From NCBI RefSeq assembly GCF_001194135.2, contig NC_068991.1, forward strand, positions 65,158,907 through 65,222,906: a stretch of 64,000 nt of DNA, read 5' to 3'. Source of the stretch: Octopus bimaculoides (taxonomy: Eukaryota). The position numbers and the translations under genes are program-made. The notes under the pieces were generated by a model. It was not told the DNA's origin and did not search any database. It saw only the letters and a list, made by a program, of their open reading frames with translations. Of this stretch, positions 1 to 15,398 are shown piece after piece (the first letter of the stretch is position 1; the number at the start of each line of letters is the position of its first letter).

Positions 1-205
1 TGGCCGTTTTCGTGCGGGTGACACGTAAAAGCACCCACTACACTCTCTGAGTGGTTGGCGTTAGGAAGGGCATCCAGCTGTAGAAACTCTGCCAAATCAG
101 ACTGGAGCCTGGTGTTGCCATCCGGTTTCACCAGTCCTCAGTCAAATCGTCCAACCCATGCTAGCATGGAAAGCGGACGTTAAACGATGATGATGATGAT
201 GATGA
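1..205 (+). mobile_element. RTE-tail repeat copy (others at about 2615-2797 -, 27868-28175 +, 33008-33200 -, 36105-36266 +, 37146-37340 -, 42581-42675 -, 44700-44845 +, 61940-62125 -)
   Basis: Same ~190-nt sequence ending in (GAT)n as 56835-57243 and as the UTR of the RTE ORF2 fragment at 48853-49480. Confidence 0.88.
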
Positions 206-374
206 GAGAGGTAGTAAAAAGAGTAGCAAAGACAGCCAAGACAGTAAATTACAAGACTGAAAACACTAATGTCCACAGTTCAAATCTCATTAAGAGCCAT
301 CTTTATTTTTCACCACCAACTCATCAATTAAATAAATAGCAGTAATTAAACTAACCATAAATTGAACAAATATA

Positions 375-564
375 TCATATTTGATGGCATAAAAGATGCA
401 CAGGTATATCAGACACACCCTGATTTCAGCAGCACATATCAAGAAAAAAAGTTTTTCATGCACTAAAGCTCATCAGAGGACTAACTTCACATATAGGACC
501 TAGGACGATTTTTCTGAGACATTTTTTAGTGAAAATGTGTGTCTTATATGCCATCAAATTACAG
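375..564. mobile_element. Tc1/mariner-superfamily (Tc2/pogo-like) MITE; further copies at 38739-38931 (inverted) and about 39745-39927
   Basis: Imperfect TIRs (TCATATTTGATGGCATAAAAGATGCAC ... GTGTGTCTTATATGCCATCAAATTACAG) flanked by TA. The internal TTTCAGCAGCACATAT segment is shared by all three copies. Confidence 0.75.
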
Positions 565-2796
565 TAGTCAGCACCCTTATAAAATTACCCTTGTGTCTAT
601 GTATAAGGAGAAACAGTCCCTAACCTCGTGACAAGACACAAAATTAAGTTTATAATGAACCAAATTTAATATTATTACAGGTAATTAATCAGAACTGAGG
701 AGAATAGAAGATAAGAGGGAAATATTCATCCATAATAGAATTTGCAGGATTTAATCTTATTAAATAAACAAATAAATAATGACTTAATAGCATAATATAT
801 CATTGTTGTTTATTTAATGCAAGTAAACACAATAAGTCATCCACCTCACAAGTCTGTGTTTAATAATAACAGCATCAGTTGATGATTTCAGTAATTACTT
901 CCGGCATTAGTTTTCAAAGGAAATAATACAAGCAAAATAAACAACAGTTGGTTGGGGGTTTAAGAATAAACAAAATCATGATGAACAAAACCTGAAAGAG
1001 AGAAAACTATGTCCTCAACATCATCAATTTTCTTTAGGGTTTTGTCATTGAGATGTATGCACGTGACCACTACACTACACAGATGTGCATGAATATGTGT
1101 AGCACGAACAGCAATGTAACACAGCATGCAATACACAAGTTTCACAACAACATTGACGGAGAGAAAGGTATATATTTCGTGACCAATTTAAATTGAAGAA
1201 CAAATTTATTTGCCATCTTGAGATTAGAACCAAGAAACACCGAGACTCACTACCATCCGTATCATCATCATTGCTCTTCTACATTTAGTAATACAGTGTC
1301 TGTGTGCGCACACGTGCATTATTTGAGGCTGCAAACCATCCCCCGCCCAACAGAGTTGAGAAATTTAAACAGCTTTTTCACTACACTAGGGTATGCACTA
1401 TGACATCAGAGCTGCCAAGGCCAAATAATAAGTAACTATAACATGTCAATAATTAACAGTCTATGATTATTTTACCCTTGGACTGTCTGATCAATCAATC
1501 TGTCTGTACAACATTTTTGTGCAAGAAAAAGATTGATCTTATTCATAATTAAAGATCCTTTTCTTTCTTGATTGAGATTCATATATCTATTTACAGAATT
1601 TTAATTAATAACACACTTATAAGTCATTGTATTTTGTAGAAATGGTTCCATAGTAAGGTGGTGAGCTGGCAGGATCGTTAGCACGCCAAGCGAAATGCTT
1701 AGCAGTATTTCGTTAGTCTTTACATTGAGAGTTCAAATTCTGCTGAGGTCGACATTGCTTTCCATCCGGGGGTGGGGGTCGATAAATTTAAGTACCAGTT
1801 GTGTACTGAGGTCGATTTAATCGACTGGCCCCCTCCCTCAAAATTTCAGGCCTTGTGCTTAGGGTAGAAAAGAAATGGTTCCATAGTCTTCCGTAAAAAA
1901 GTATCAGTACATTTGTTATCCCTGATCTGAGTTCAAATCCTGCTGAGGTTTCAACTTTGCCTTTCTTTCATGATCAATAAAGTATCAGTCCAATAGTGGA
2001 ATCAATTCTTCTCTTGCCATCGTTAATCATCACTTAACAGCCACTTTTCCATGCTTGCATGGGTCAGAAGAAATTTGCAGAGGCTGATCCAAGAAAAGGT
2101 AATATTACCCTGGAAACAAACATCACTGCTTGCACCTACAATTCAAAAACTCAACCTTGTCACATTGTATCGCACTGATTTGGTTTGAGAACGGCATTAA
2201 CACTTCTTACCATATTTCTGTTGAAATACACAGCCATTGTTCCAATTAATTTTGAAAATCATGAAGAATTTACTGAAATAATTGTCATTAAACTGGAGGT
2301 TGGAACATAAATTAACATGAAATTTTAATGGGAGGTCTCTACTCAAATCATTCAACCTGCTAGAAATAGCAGTCAAATTTCTCTGAAATCACTGCTGTCT
2401 TCTAAAAAGAAAATACATTAGATAATGCAATCCTACATACAACAAAATACCTGCATAAAAGATTAGGTAATCATGACTGGAACATCACTGAACACAAACC
2501 TTCTAAAGCAGTGCTAACCTGGAGTTAACTGACAACATCAATGCAAGTCTCTACTCCAGTTAAACTGTGCAACCCATGCCAGCATGGAAAATGGACATAT
2601 GATGACAATGACACATCATCATCATCGTTTAACGTCCGCTTTCCCTGCTAGCATGGGTTGGACGATTTGACTGAGGACTGGTGGACCAGGTGGCTACACC
2701 AGGCTCCAATCTGATTTAGCAGAGTTTCTACAGCTGGATGCCCTTCCTAACGCCAACCACTCCGAGAGTGTAGTGGGTGCTTTTACGTGTCACCCG

Positions 2797-2798
<2 letters not shown>

Positions 2799-2837
<39 letters not shown>
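2799..2837. repeat. Microsatellites: (TA)n here; others include 4608-4665 (TA/TATG), 8826-8892 (GC/CA), 9085-9120 and 9282-9330 (CA), 42215-42262 (TG), 48765-48815 (TA), 54154-54193 (AAT)
   Basis: Read directly; many sit inside SINE bodies or tails. Confidence 0.95.
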
Positions 2838-2840
<3 letters not shown>

Positions 2841-4604
2841 CTTCCACATAGTTTTTATTTATCAAATTCACTTGCAACACATTGGTCAACCCAGAGGTAT
2901 GATAGAAGACACTCAGCTAAGGTATGCAGTACAGTGGGACTGAACCCAAAGCCACATGATTGCAAATTGAGCTTCCTAACTTCAGAGCCATTCCTGCACC
3001 TATATATGCTGATATTATAAACATGATTCCCACTAATATAATGATAAAACTATCATCACATTAACAACCCTGTAAATCATTTTTTGCTTGTTCTTCTTCC
3101 AAGGGTTTTTTGTTTTTTTCTTCTATACAAAGGTGCATTATACCTGAAGCGTAATGAACCCACAACCTTGAGGTCACTGGAAAGCAACTATAAAACCAAT
3201 ACAAACACAAACTAAAGAGCTACATCCTGTTGCAAGTAATATATTCCAGATTTCCTAGCAGTAACCAGATTGTTTTCACAGCTGTTCACCCATTCCAGCT
3301 TCATCTACGAGGTCTAAGCAAGCAGTACTACCAAAAATATGAACGGATAATTTGGGCAGAATATTATTATTATTCATAATTATTATCTACATTGTTTTCG
3401 TGTTCGTTTATTTATTTCTTGCCTCCATCTTCAGTTCTTCCTCCACACTTACACATATTCACTTGCTTGACATGGGTTTACAATACTTTATACAACATTG
3501 TGAATATGCGGATGTGTGTACATGCACGCGCACGCACGCATGCACACACAATTATAGTGTTAACATATTATTAATGGGGTGACATTTAGTGATTCAAAGT
3601 TTGCTAGGATGGATAGAGAGGGAAAGAGAAGACAAAAAAGATTAAGGGTGGAACATAAGTGTGTGTGTATGCACACACATTCAGAGAGGAAGATGGGAAG
3701 AAGTATGTTAATGTGAATATACGGACTGGTCATAGATGCAAGAACAGCCTGGTGGTTCACGAATTTGTTTCACAATTCTTAGTTCTCGAGTGCAATCCCT
3801 TTACTTGGTATTTTAGGCCATCTAGTTTGACTGCAGTATTAATACTCATCAATATCCTTTCCATTTCAATTAACATCAATGTATGTCTGCTGGTATTAAC
3901 ATAACACCTTCTATATGATCATTTAATCTGCAGGAGGAAATAGCCAAATCTCCCTCACATCATTCTCTCCCATATTAAACACATAATATGTTGCAATATC
4001 ATTTCTGATAAACAAGAAGGTTATTGTTGAAAAACCTTTCATTATAGGTCAATTCAATGAGGACTGATTTACAACTTAATAACAAAAACCAGCTTTACTT
4101 CAAGTCAATGAGGAAAAGCTTCAACACAATTTCTAGCCTGCTAGACACAGTAGCTACACTTGACACTCTACTGTCTTAAATTAGGAAATGGTCGCATGAC
4201 TATATTCATTATCATTGTTTTAGTGTTAATTTTTACATGCTAGCATGGGTCAAATGAAATTCATTGAGGCTGATTTTCTTTGCCTGGAGACCCTTTCTGT
4301 TGCCAATCCAAGCAAGGTAACATTTCCTTATGACCAGACACGTTTTCCATAAATAATTGGAAATGACTGCCACTGATTGTATGATGGTGACATTCATTTA
4401 CAGCTATCACAAAATGTCAAGACAAGCAGGTGCAATATGCACACACGCATCAACACCATGGAAATTAAGTTGTAAAGCATTCCATGAAATAGTTGGTTTT
4501 ATTTAAGCTCTACTTTAACTCTCCACATTACACCTCATGCTGAAAAAGCAGGAATCACATGTTCATGAATGTAATAGACAGTGATAACTACACAGAAAAA
4601 CACA

Positions 4605-4659
<55 letters not shown>

Positions 4660-5034
4660 GTATATAACTGTAACAAAACAGCTATCTCATGTACACAGTC
4701 CTTAACCACAAACAGGAGCTTGATCACTGATAAACATTTGGATTTTGATAAGAATTCAGGAACAGATTTTTAATGCTTTTGCCAAGTTTATAAATGAACT
4801 TGAACTCACCTCTACACACCAACAGAATAATCCTATGGCATCTACAGTAGTAAACTATAACTAAAAAGGCTATATATTTATAGTTAAGTGGTAAGGATCA
4901 GTAAACGTTCAATACTTTGGCTATAGAAACACTTAATGCACAATTCTAATAACAGAACATAAACCAAAAAATTTTCAGCTCACAGTAGATCTCCTTTGTT
5001 ATCGTTTGGTTTGGATTTAAAAGTTCAAAGTGGA

Positions 5035-5709
5035 CTAAACCTTTCATATCCCACCAAACAGATAGCACTTTTGTGGGTGAAGACCTTCTTTCCTTACCCA
5101 CTGTAATCAGCACTCAACATTTTTATAGAGAACCCATTTCTCATTACCAGTCACTATTTGGTCCAAAAAAGGTTCATTTGTGAGATGTGACAGCAAAGAA
5201 GAGCACACATTCACTCTCTGCATGCAATTAGATTCGGAAAGTTTGTGAAGAACCCATTGTCCCAATTTGCTGACTTTTCCAGGTGTCGATGAATGGTTGA
5301 ATGACCAAATCCAAGCTTCTCTGCTAGTTCAACAGTTATGATGGGATTTTGTTCCACCAGCTCTGCAGATCTTCCAGAATGAAGTTGGTCTTCTAGGTTG
5401 TAGTTTCCGGCTCAGAATATCTGGAACCACTGACTTATGCTTATTGTCTGATCCCAATATACTGCATTAATATTCCTCACACTTTCCTTTGCGTTGTTGC
5501 CTTTATTGAACTCATAAAGCAAAATATGCCAAATATACTCCTTTGTCACTTTCATTATAGCTTTGAAAAAATAACTGTTAAAACTGAACTGCACTCTTCA
5601 AAACTTACACTTGCTTCTATGGCAAACTGAAGCAGGTGGTTTAACCCATTCCCCTCTGACATTTAGTTCATGCAATAGGAAAAACCGCGTTATTTATGGG
5701 ATGACCCAA
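5035..5709 (-). mobile_element. Decayed mariner (Mos1-like) DNA transposon, 5' half
   Basis: TIR-like TTGGGTCATCCCATAAATAACGCGG next to TA at 5710-5711. HTH region MKVTKEYIWHILLYEFNKGNNAKESVRNINAVY, then after a frameshift GKVSKLGQWVLHKL (WVPHEL motif) and FLDQIVTGNEKWVLYKNV (TGDEKW with D changed to N). Stops and frameshifts present. Confidence 0.9.
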
Positions 5710-8700
5710 TATATATACATATATATAGCATGTTATTAAATGTATCTAACTCGAATAAGGTTAACTTTATAACATTGATAATAACAGTGTATCAGATGTA
5801 TGTAGAATGAGGTTAACGAGAAATTCTGCAATGAAAGTACCCTCTATGTGCATTTAATATATAAGAGTAAGGTGTACTCTTATTGGCCAACACTGTAAGC
5901 AGTGAAGCATAAAAACCCAAGTGACTACTGAAGAAATTTAAATGCTAGTTAATCCTACAGTCTGGGTGACACAGAGTGCTTCTGTTGTTTGTAAAAACAA
6001 TCATGACGCTAGAAAGAAACAACCAGAGCTGTATTAAATATCTTTTACAAGATTAATAACACAGCAATTAAAAGGTGGGCAGTGATGTTTAATACCTAAT
6101 TGAAAAATCTGATGTACAAAATTATATAAGCAATGTCTGTATTGAAAGCTGATGAGTATGTAGCGAAAGCCACTTATTATACAATAATGAATATTATCAA
6201 CCAGTTATTGTTATCAAAATTAGTGGGTTACATACAATACTGGATGATATCAACTGCTTATTGTTATCAAAATTAGTAGGTCTCGTATCATTTGCATAAT
6301 GTTATCCATATTGTTATCAAAAAGGTTTTGTCCTGTAGTAATCATTTTGTCCTGTAGTAATCAATTGTATGCAGGTCAGTTTTATCACTCTGCACACATC
6401 TCGGATAGGCCCATCAGAAAGCATGTCTATGTAACTCAAACTAGCAATATCCTGGCACTCAGTAACGCTGCCAAACGAAGAATCTCTGGAAGTTAATATG
6501 AAAAAGACACGAGGATAGGAAATGAGTTTCATAAGAGTAAAAAAAATCTAGGTAATTAAAAGCTTGAACCACACTTTTATGAGAGTTTGATCAACCCACC
6601 TTGGCAGGTAGTTCTTCAAATCTTAATATCAAGTTCTTGCAATGTGATCATCAACCAACCTGTCCTGGAGTCAAGTCTGATAGAAATTCCAGACTCCACT
6701 TAACATATCCACCTAACAAAGTCCGCTAGAGTTTTCAGTTTCATTCCGTTATCTTATACATTTCTAGTGCCAAACTGTATCAGTTTTGCCATACCATTAG
6801 TTCTGTTGATAACACGGACAAAGGAGATGGGGAAACACTACATAGTTTACAGCTGGTCTGCCATAACACACTTTGCCATAACTTGAACATTTGAGAGGGT
6901 ACTTTGGTTTCACACAATAAACATGTATTGTGTGCAAACTCACACACGTGCATGCACGTGTGTGTGTAGTGCTGTGGTTCTCAAATATTTTATACATTCT
7001 TTTATTCTTTTATACATTTGAGCCCTAAGGCTGTGGCCATGTTGGGGCACTGCCAGTGGTAATGTACCTAGATCTCGGGGAACAAATAAAAATTAAAAAA
7101 AAAAAACTACTGCACTTCATGTGGAAAATTTGAAGAAGAAAACCTTCAAGTTCAGAATTCAGGGGTAAAAATAAGCAAAGCTATTGCTGAGCATGGCTGT
7201 ATGATTGAGAGATTTGTTTCCCAACCACACGGTTTCAGGTTCAGTCACACTGCGCAGCACTTTGGGCAAGTGTTTTCTACTATATCCCCTGAAACCAAAA
7301 CCATGTGAGTGACTCTGGTAGATAGGAAGTGTAAAACAATGCTTAATATAACATTCATCTAACCCATACCAGCCTGGAAAAACAGATGTACAAGAAAGCT
7401 TTTTTTTTTTTTTGTTACAACAAAACTAGAAACATGTTTTTTTCAAGACATTCAAACATTAGTACGGATTCTCTAAAACCATAAACTTGATTTTTAAAAG
7501 CTTGAAGCAATCCTAGACACCCCATCTGAAGCATTGGTGCACAGCAGTGCACCATTTGGAAACCATTGATCTAGACAATCACATATACTGTAAACTCAAT
7601 TGCCAGGTGACAGGAGCTTCCAGTAAGGTATACAATGATTTCTCTGCTGCTATTCACTAAATATGGATAGTAGAGATTATTAACCTGAGTAATACAGCAT
7701 CTTTATTAAATCAACTTCAAGATGAAAAGAAAGCAGCTGTCCCACTGCAGAAGAACAAAGAGCAAAGTAACACCAGACCATAACTGATGACCTACAAATT
7801 GGTTCACTTTAGTGAGTATCACTGCTGTGATATTTAGTTACACAAAGCCAGCTAGTTCTTTATCTGTTAGGGGTGCAGCCTAGGAACAGAGTGGGTGGGT
7901 GGGACCATACAGAAGACAATGAAGAAGATAATAAGCTTCCACTTGAAAGTAATAAATCAAAGTAATTGTTTCACACCAAAGCTCCATTATAGTTCCACTT
8001 GGTTGGTTAACATTACAGAATGGGAAAATGCTTGCTGCCAGTCAATAGTTTTGACTTGGTTTTCTCAGCTGCACATTCCACCATTCAACAATATATCAGG
8101 GTGAAAACTGACACAGCATGGGCTTTAAGACAGGACTACCCCATCCATACCACCCAAGACCTATTGAAAATTAATAAAAAAAAAAAGATCCCTTATAAGT
8201 ACTCCTTACAAAGGCACAATGGATAAAAACACTGAAACACATGCAACAATATTACCATATGTAAATGTCTAAATTTGTGTACTTATCCAACCCATGTTAG
8301 ATTTTTTCTTTTATTTTCATTTTTTAATTGCTTATTCAGAAGAGTAGCACATATGCCCCCATCCCTTTTTTTCCGCAAAACTTTATGTCTGGGGGGTGGG
8401 GGAATTGAAGGGGGAAAGTTACCTTTTGACTGGATACTTGATTTGAAATAGGTTGGATTTTACTAAGCAAGATGATGTACACAAGGGTGGTGCTAGATGG
8501 GCAATGAATTAAGCATGCCACCCACATATAAGTAATGTAGGAACGAATTTAGTATAGTAATGAGGCGAAGGTCACACAACAATGTTTGGGTGAGAGTTGA
8601 CCTCATCATGACAGTGTGGCTGGCTTTTTCTTCTCTCATAAAATGTGAAGATAGCCAATGCCACAATACAGACATATATAGGTTAACTTACCACTTGTAG

Positions 8701-8854
8701 TCACTATAGCTCTCCAGAACGAACACACACACACATTCTTATCTACAAAAAATTAATGCAGCCCTTTAATTCACTTCAAACAAAATATCCAAAACTCTAT
8801 CTCTCCCTCCTCTTTCTCTCCCTCACACGCGCGCGCGCACGCACACGCACACGC

Positions 8855-8894
<40 letters not shown>

Positions 8895-9079
8895 TTACTT
8901 GTTTCAGTCACTGGACTGTGGCCTTGTTGTGGCACCATCTTTAAAGTTTTTAGTCAGACAGATCAACCCAAGTATTTATTTTTTGGTCTGGTACTGATTC
9001 TATCAGTTTCTTTTGCCTGTCGCCTAAGTTACAAGGACATAAACAAACCAATACTGGCTGTCAAGAAATGGTGGGAGGG

Positions 9080-9123
<44 letters not shown>

Positions 9124-9280
9124 AGAGGCTTGTTTGAATTCCCATCCACCAAATCAACTCATATGACTTTGGGCAGCCTGAGGCTGTAGTTGCAGATATT
9201 TGCCCAAAGTGTCACAGTGGAACTGGACTGAAAACCAAATGGTTGGGAAATAAACTTCTTAACCACACAACCATGCGCAT

Positions 9281-9332
<52 letters not shown>

Positions 9333-12300
9333 CTACATTCATTTACAAAGTATGTCAAACTGTGAGTGCATTTTATAGAGCACATAACTATGTGTGCATC
9401 TAAGTATTCGTTTATGTGATCAACGAATTTCATACAAACTCGTGTTAATCTGTCTCAATTGAAATCTGCACATAGGAGCCATTGTGATTGTATCAAAATC
9501 AACATAGATCCTATTGTTAACTAAAAGTTAAAGACTATAGATAAAGAAAAGGTGAAGGTAGAGGATTGAACCCAGTCAGTTTCAGTGTAGCAAATGAAAT
9601 CCTGGGTGTTATAACTTCAGCTCTGGCTTTCAAAGGGTTGAAGTAACTTGTAGGTATTTACAAGTTAATCACAGTTACCAACATTAGAACTAGTCTATTC
9701 TTAGTGTCTCCCTTAAGTGAGAAAATGAAAAACCCTTCATGCTATATCTATATCTGTCTCCATCCTCCTAGTCTATCTGTCTGCTGGCCTGTCAGTCTCT
9801 CTTCTCCCTCCTCCTCCTCACCTTGGTCTCCATCAATAACCATCCCTTGGGAGAGGAACAAACAATAAATCACCGAAGAAAAGTGTAATTCCCCCAGTGA
9901 ACTACATAACTTAGACATATCAGCTGCTCTCACCAAGCACACACAACACAACGCTTCACTATACTAATATACCTTACAAGGTAATGATGTGACATTAAAC
10001 AACCAAACTAATAATAGTGGCCCATGAGGGGACTGTTGCCAGCAAATGTGTGTGTGCGTAAGAGAGTGTATGTGTCTATACACACACACACACACACACC
10101 TCAAGGTAAGCCCTATATGAACAAATTATTCAAATAGTTGCTGTCAATTTCTTAGACTATAAATATTTTTGAAATAACAATGTTCTCTAAAAACATCTGA
10201 CATCTTGGGAGAAATTTTCTGTATATATGTAAGAGAATGTAACTATGAATGGATAATGTGGCAGGGTATGTACATGGAGCAATGTGTGTATGCACATACA
10301 TGAAGCTGTGAGTGTGTGTGTGTGTGTGTGTGTGAAACAAAAGGTATTATTTTCTGTGTGATATTTCAATGAAAGGGGTTTAATAATAACTTTTAAAGAG
10401 GCTAATGTTATAAAACTGTATATATAAGTTAGGATATATATACTGATACTACTTTGTTTTTACACCTGTTTTTCCATACTAGCATAGATTAAATGAATAT
10501 ATTATTGAAACATTGCTTTACAGCTGGATACTCTTCCTGTCATTAACCCACACCTGTTTTTTTTTCGCCCCCCCCCCTCCACCTCCACCTCCTTTCAAGG
10601 AAATGATCTCTTATCCCAAAGGTCTTTGAAAGTATAAAGTCAGAGTACGATTTGTTAAACAGCAAACTGACAATGTCATCAACTTTAGCTCAGCAATTTT
10701 TCAGAGAAATGCAAATATTCTGTNNNNNNNNNNCCCACGATTTAGAAAACAGCTTCGCAAAAGAAGTTTTTATGTAATTATGCTAAATCATTTCATGCAT
10801 AATTTTATTGTCTATAATTTACCTGAACCTTTCTTTATACACATCATCAGTTATATACTTTTACTGAAGTAATAGCTGTTGATATAATTTATGTATCAGA
10901 TATTAATTCAACTTGTATATCAATTTGTATATTGTAGCAGGCACACAAGTCTGTACATAATTGTGTGTGTGTGTGTATGTACACACGCACATGTGCATGC
11001 GCTTGTATAGGGGAGGAGGGCTACTGGTTAGGGTACTGCACTCACGTAGGTTTGATTCTCAAGCCAGGAGGTGCATCATAAGACCTACAATGGGCATCTC
11101 CTACCAGTAAAATCTTCACAGGATATGTAGCTTAAATGAGTAAGGAAAAGGATAACCTCCAGCTGTTACACCTTGGATCATAAGAAACGTTAGGAAAAGT
11201 AATAAAAATATTGATCTATTTTAAAATACAATACATTAAATGAAGAGGAAACGGCAGCTGTGATACATGAAGGGTTGATGGAATTTACGCATTTTACTTA
11301 TTAACATAACTAGCAGCCTTGTTGTAAGTTCAATCAGTATCCACAATAACAAATGAAACCTTTGCCATCTTCTAAGCCACAGTTTCCTATCCATTGTATT
11401 TATGCTAAAGACAAATATCTGTTTGGTAACTGTAGAATTCTGAACAATGTAATATTGAAAAAGATATTTATAAGAAACAATAGATGAAAGATTAAGATTG
11501 AAAAAAAAGTTTAGTGAATTTGTTAAAGATATGAACAGAACTATATATAAAAGGACAATGGCTGGTATGAAAATGGATTTTATTTTTTAGTTGTCTGTCA
11601 TTTGTTTGAGCTGTGAAGGAGAAACTACACGTTTTACAGGATCGTTTTCACACTGCTACTTCAAAACTGGAAATAAACACACTGTACATGTACCTACATG
11701 TTGATAGCAAAAATCTATTTTAAAAACAAAATTGTTGCCCTGACAAGAACATGGAAGCTGGGGAAACATCTCCAGTGTTAGGTACCTGGCTATCTATGCT
11801 GCTCTCTAGCAGAGAAGTTTAAAGCATACACAGTGCTTTAAAACAACAGTGGAAGCCATCTTGAAGCTAAACTAAAGAGAAACAAGAGTTGTGTTAAAGC
11901 TTCAGTATACAGCTTTTGCATTTAAACCCATTGAAAAATACAACACTGGTGATGAGATTAAGATCTGAACTCACACAAGGAAATCCCAATGGATTACCAA
12001 GCCATTGGGATTCAAGCTAAATTTTATTATATTTATTATTAAGGTGGGGTGGATTGGTAGCAAAATTGTTACAGTACTTGAAAGGATGCTCTGCAATATC
12101 TAATCAGGTTCTTTGCATTTTGATAGTAACATATGCAATGAGACTGGCACCAAGCTGTATTGGCCCTTACTTTCCAACATCAGTGGTGTGGAGAAAAGAG
12201 ATTTGCAGACAAAGGAACTTGCCCAGGTCTTGGATGGGAACTTTCCAGATCCATAGCTTCACAAGCTATATTTGGCTACAGATGTCTATCAATATAAATT

Positions 12301-15300
12301 TTTCTTTTGCATGTGAGCATGGAAAGGGATCCCTATAAGTTAAATGCAAATGTGTGTTTTTTGTTTGTTGTTTTTTTTTGCGGGGGGNNNNNNNNNNTTA
12401 TAGTTGGAGCCAATACCTTTACAGCTTGGATATATCTTTCACATCCTTTCACTAAATTTAATGTACTTGTGGCATATTATCAGTCGCCAATAATTGCCAT
12501 AAGCTGAGTAAAATGTTTTGTCTCATACAGGCAACTTTTACCTCACTACTACCAATAACTTAGTTAATATTTCAATGGGCTAATTAAATGTTTTTGCATT
12601 TGGTTTTCTAAGATTCTTGATGTGAACTCATGTGTTAAAACAGACTTTGTTGTATCTCAGAAGGGTTGTTATGCCAATAACACAAAATCACCACACAGGT
12701 CATTAGTCATCCTTAAGGATAACTAGGTGGTCCTCATCACTCGAACGGACAAACATGATAAAACAAATTGTCCAAAATGAAAGAATTTTGAAGATCACAT
12801 TTAAATTCTTTACAAACAAGGAATGCAGTGGATTAAGTAGGCTCAGCTAACAACATATTTACTATTTTTGCAACACTATTGGAACTAACAGCAAACAGCT
12901 ATTCCTATTATTACTTCTGATAATTCTTCTAATTTAGATAACCACAATGTATATTGAAGATTCACTAAGAAAAGTTTACAGCTCTTATAATTTTTACTAT
13001 TTCAAACATGGTAGATTCCATTCTCATGATCAATTAACATCAGGTATACAGCTTATTGATTTCTTGGAACCTGTAGAAAGCTCATATTACCAGAACTATA
13101 GCTAGATTAAACTCTAAATTATTTTTTTCTGAAAGTGAAAGCATCATGGCTTGCAATTCAAATGTCACGTTCACTGAATCATCAATAAATTAGGCTACTT
13201 CGAAAGAAACAGATGTGTGAGAAAAACAAATTAATAGGAAAAAAAAGACAGAAAAAAAGCAAGAGAAGCAATAACAGGATAGGTTATATGAAGTCGACTG
13301 AGAAACATTCAATACCACCTACACAATCATCAGGTTCAGACTTTGATCCAATTGCTTCTACGACTGGATCAGGGTTGACCTAGGGCTGAACTGCAATGGC
13401 TACTTTATGTACCAATTTCATTCACAAGGTATTGGTAAGCTAAAGACTATAGAAGAAGAATTTACCCAAGTTACCATGCGCCATGCAGTGGTACTGAACC
13501 CAAAACCACATGGCTGCAAAGCAAAATTCTTCACAAACCAGCCAAGCCTGCACCTATCCCATGTCTATGCTTATGTATGATGGGCTACCATCATGAACTT
13601 TGGTTGATACATGAGAATAGAAGGCACTTGCCAAAAGTGCAACACACCTAGGGTCAAACCCAAAACCACATCCTCATGAGCCTTCTTAACCACACATCCA
13701 TATATACATATTCTCAATTTATTACTGATAAGCATTGATTTCATAAGTGAAGTTTCGTAAGCCATCTTTTGATATTCTATAATGGCTGTCACACTGAAGA
13801 TAAAGTTACGTATCCTTGAAATATTTTTATGCATAACTTTGCAACAGTATTATTTGAAATATAGTAAAAGCCACTTATAATCCTAGATTATGTTATTTCA
13901 TCATCATTTTAACATCAACTTTTCCATACCTACATGGGTCAGACAGAGTTTACAGAGGCAGATTTTCTATGGCTAGATGCCCTTCATCAACCCATATATG
14001 TTTCCAAGCAAAGTAATATTTCCTTGTAACTAGATATGTCTTCACAGAATATTGGAAATGAATGACATTTATTTACAACAACCATGCAATATCAAGAGAA
14101 GGAAACACAAACATATTCATACATACAAACATTACATGCGCGCATGTGTGTGCATGCACACATGCACATATACATGTCATAAAAAGTCCGGAGGTATGGC
14201 AATGCTAAGATTATGGCTGTTTTGCAGCCTTCTCCCTGTAGTAATAATTTCAGTACAGACATTCTGCATTACACTTCTCTCTGTTGGATTACTGTATGGT
14301 CTGATAGCTAAGTCCATTAGAGGAGCTTTCTGAGATAGGCATAGGATTCTCTGAATCCATATCTTATACAACAAAAATGTGTGTGTGTGTATTATATAGT
14401 GGGCTTTTTACAGTTTCCATCTACAAAATCCTCTCACAAGACTTTGCTTAGTGTCGGGCTACAGTACAAGACACTTGTTCAAGGTACAACACAGTGGGAC
14501 TGAACCTGAAACCATGAGGTTAGGAAGCAAAGTTCTTAATCACACAGTCATGTCTGCACCTATAATGAAATCAGATAATTGTCAACATTAGTTGGGTTAC
14601 AAATACACTCAGGATATTGTTATATCCACTGCTTAATGTTATCAGTTGGTTATTACTATTTAAAGGACTCTGCCCCAACGAGATCACAACAAGAAACTGC
14701 CACTCTATCTAAAAACAACAAAATTCATAACAAGAAATATGAGAAATTAGAACAAAGATGCGTTTTTAATAATGTGTTTGAAAAAAAAACTTTCCCTTTC
14801 TCCCCAATTAATGTATATGTGCATGCCTGTGTGTGTGTGTGTGTGTATTACAGCAACTGGGAATTAAAAAAGGCATCAAATGATATTTGCATGGGGAAGA
14901 GAAAAACAAAAAAACAACAAATAAAAAGCTATAGGTGCGGTGGAATGTGGGGTGGAGGATGATGTGAAGCAGGTTACTGAATACCATATGTTGGTTCTGA
15001 TATTGGTACAGATTAGAATTTAAGGAGGCAATAAGAGTTTAGAATTAGGGGCCAGGAGAACAGAAACTTATAAAATAAATATATTATAAAGAAATAAGAT
15101 AGAGAAGAATTACACAGAATCAGTGAACCAAAGTTAAGTGTGATGGAACTTGACTAATAATCATTTAATGAACAGAACACACACATGTACACACACCATA
15201 AGGTGGCGGGGAGGGTTATTTCAAAATAAATTAAATGTTAATCCTTATATTAACCCTCAAAGGTCCGTAAGATCAGAATTTAACTTCAGTTTTTTGCAGT

Positions 15301-15398
15301 GTCAAACAGATGTGAGGGAAATTTTTTTGCTCAGGATATAAACTACATCTAAGTAAATTACAGGAAAACAAAGGAGCCTGTACAGAGGTGATCTATTA

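Noticed and set aside
4810-4841. AG...GTGAGT-bounded 32-nt segment; similar candidates near 8691-8710 and 52958
   Set aside because: Not frame-preserving, or poor acceptors, and no homology. These show that chance splice-site pairs occur, which is why the 21-nt microexon has only moderate confidence.
6317-6532. Minus-strand ORF with a good acceptor at about 6490
   Set aside because: No convincing donor and no resemblance to the expected next MAPKBP1 exon.
8390-8415. G-quadruplex candidate
   Set aside because: Only three clear G-runs, on the template strand of the gene, with no other support.
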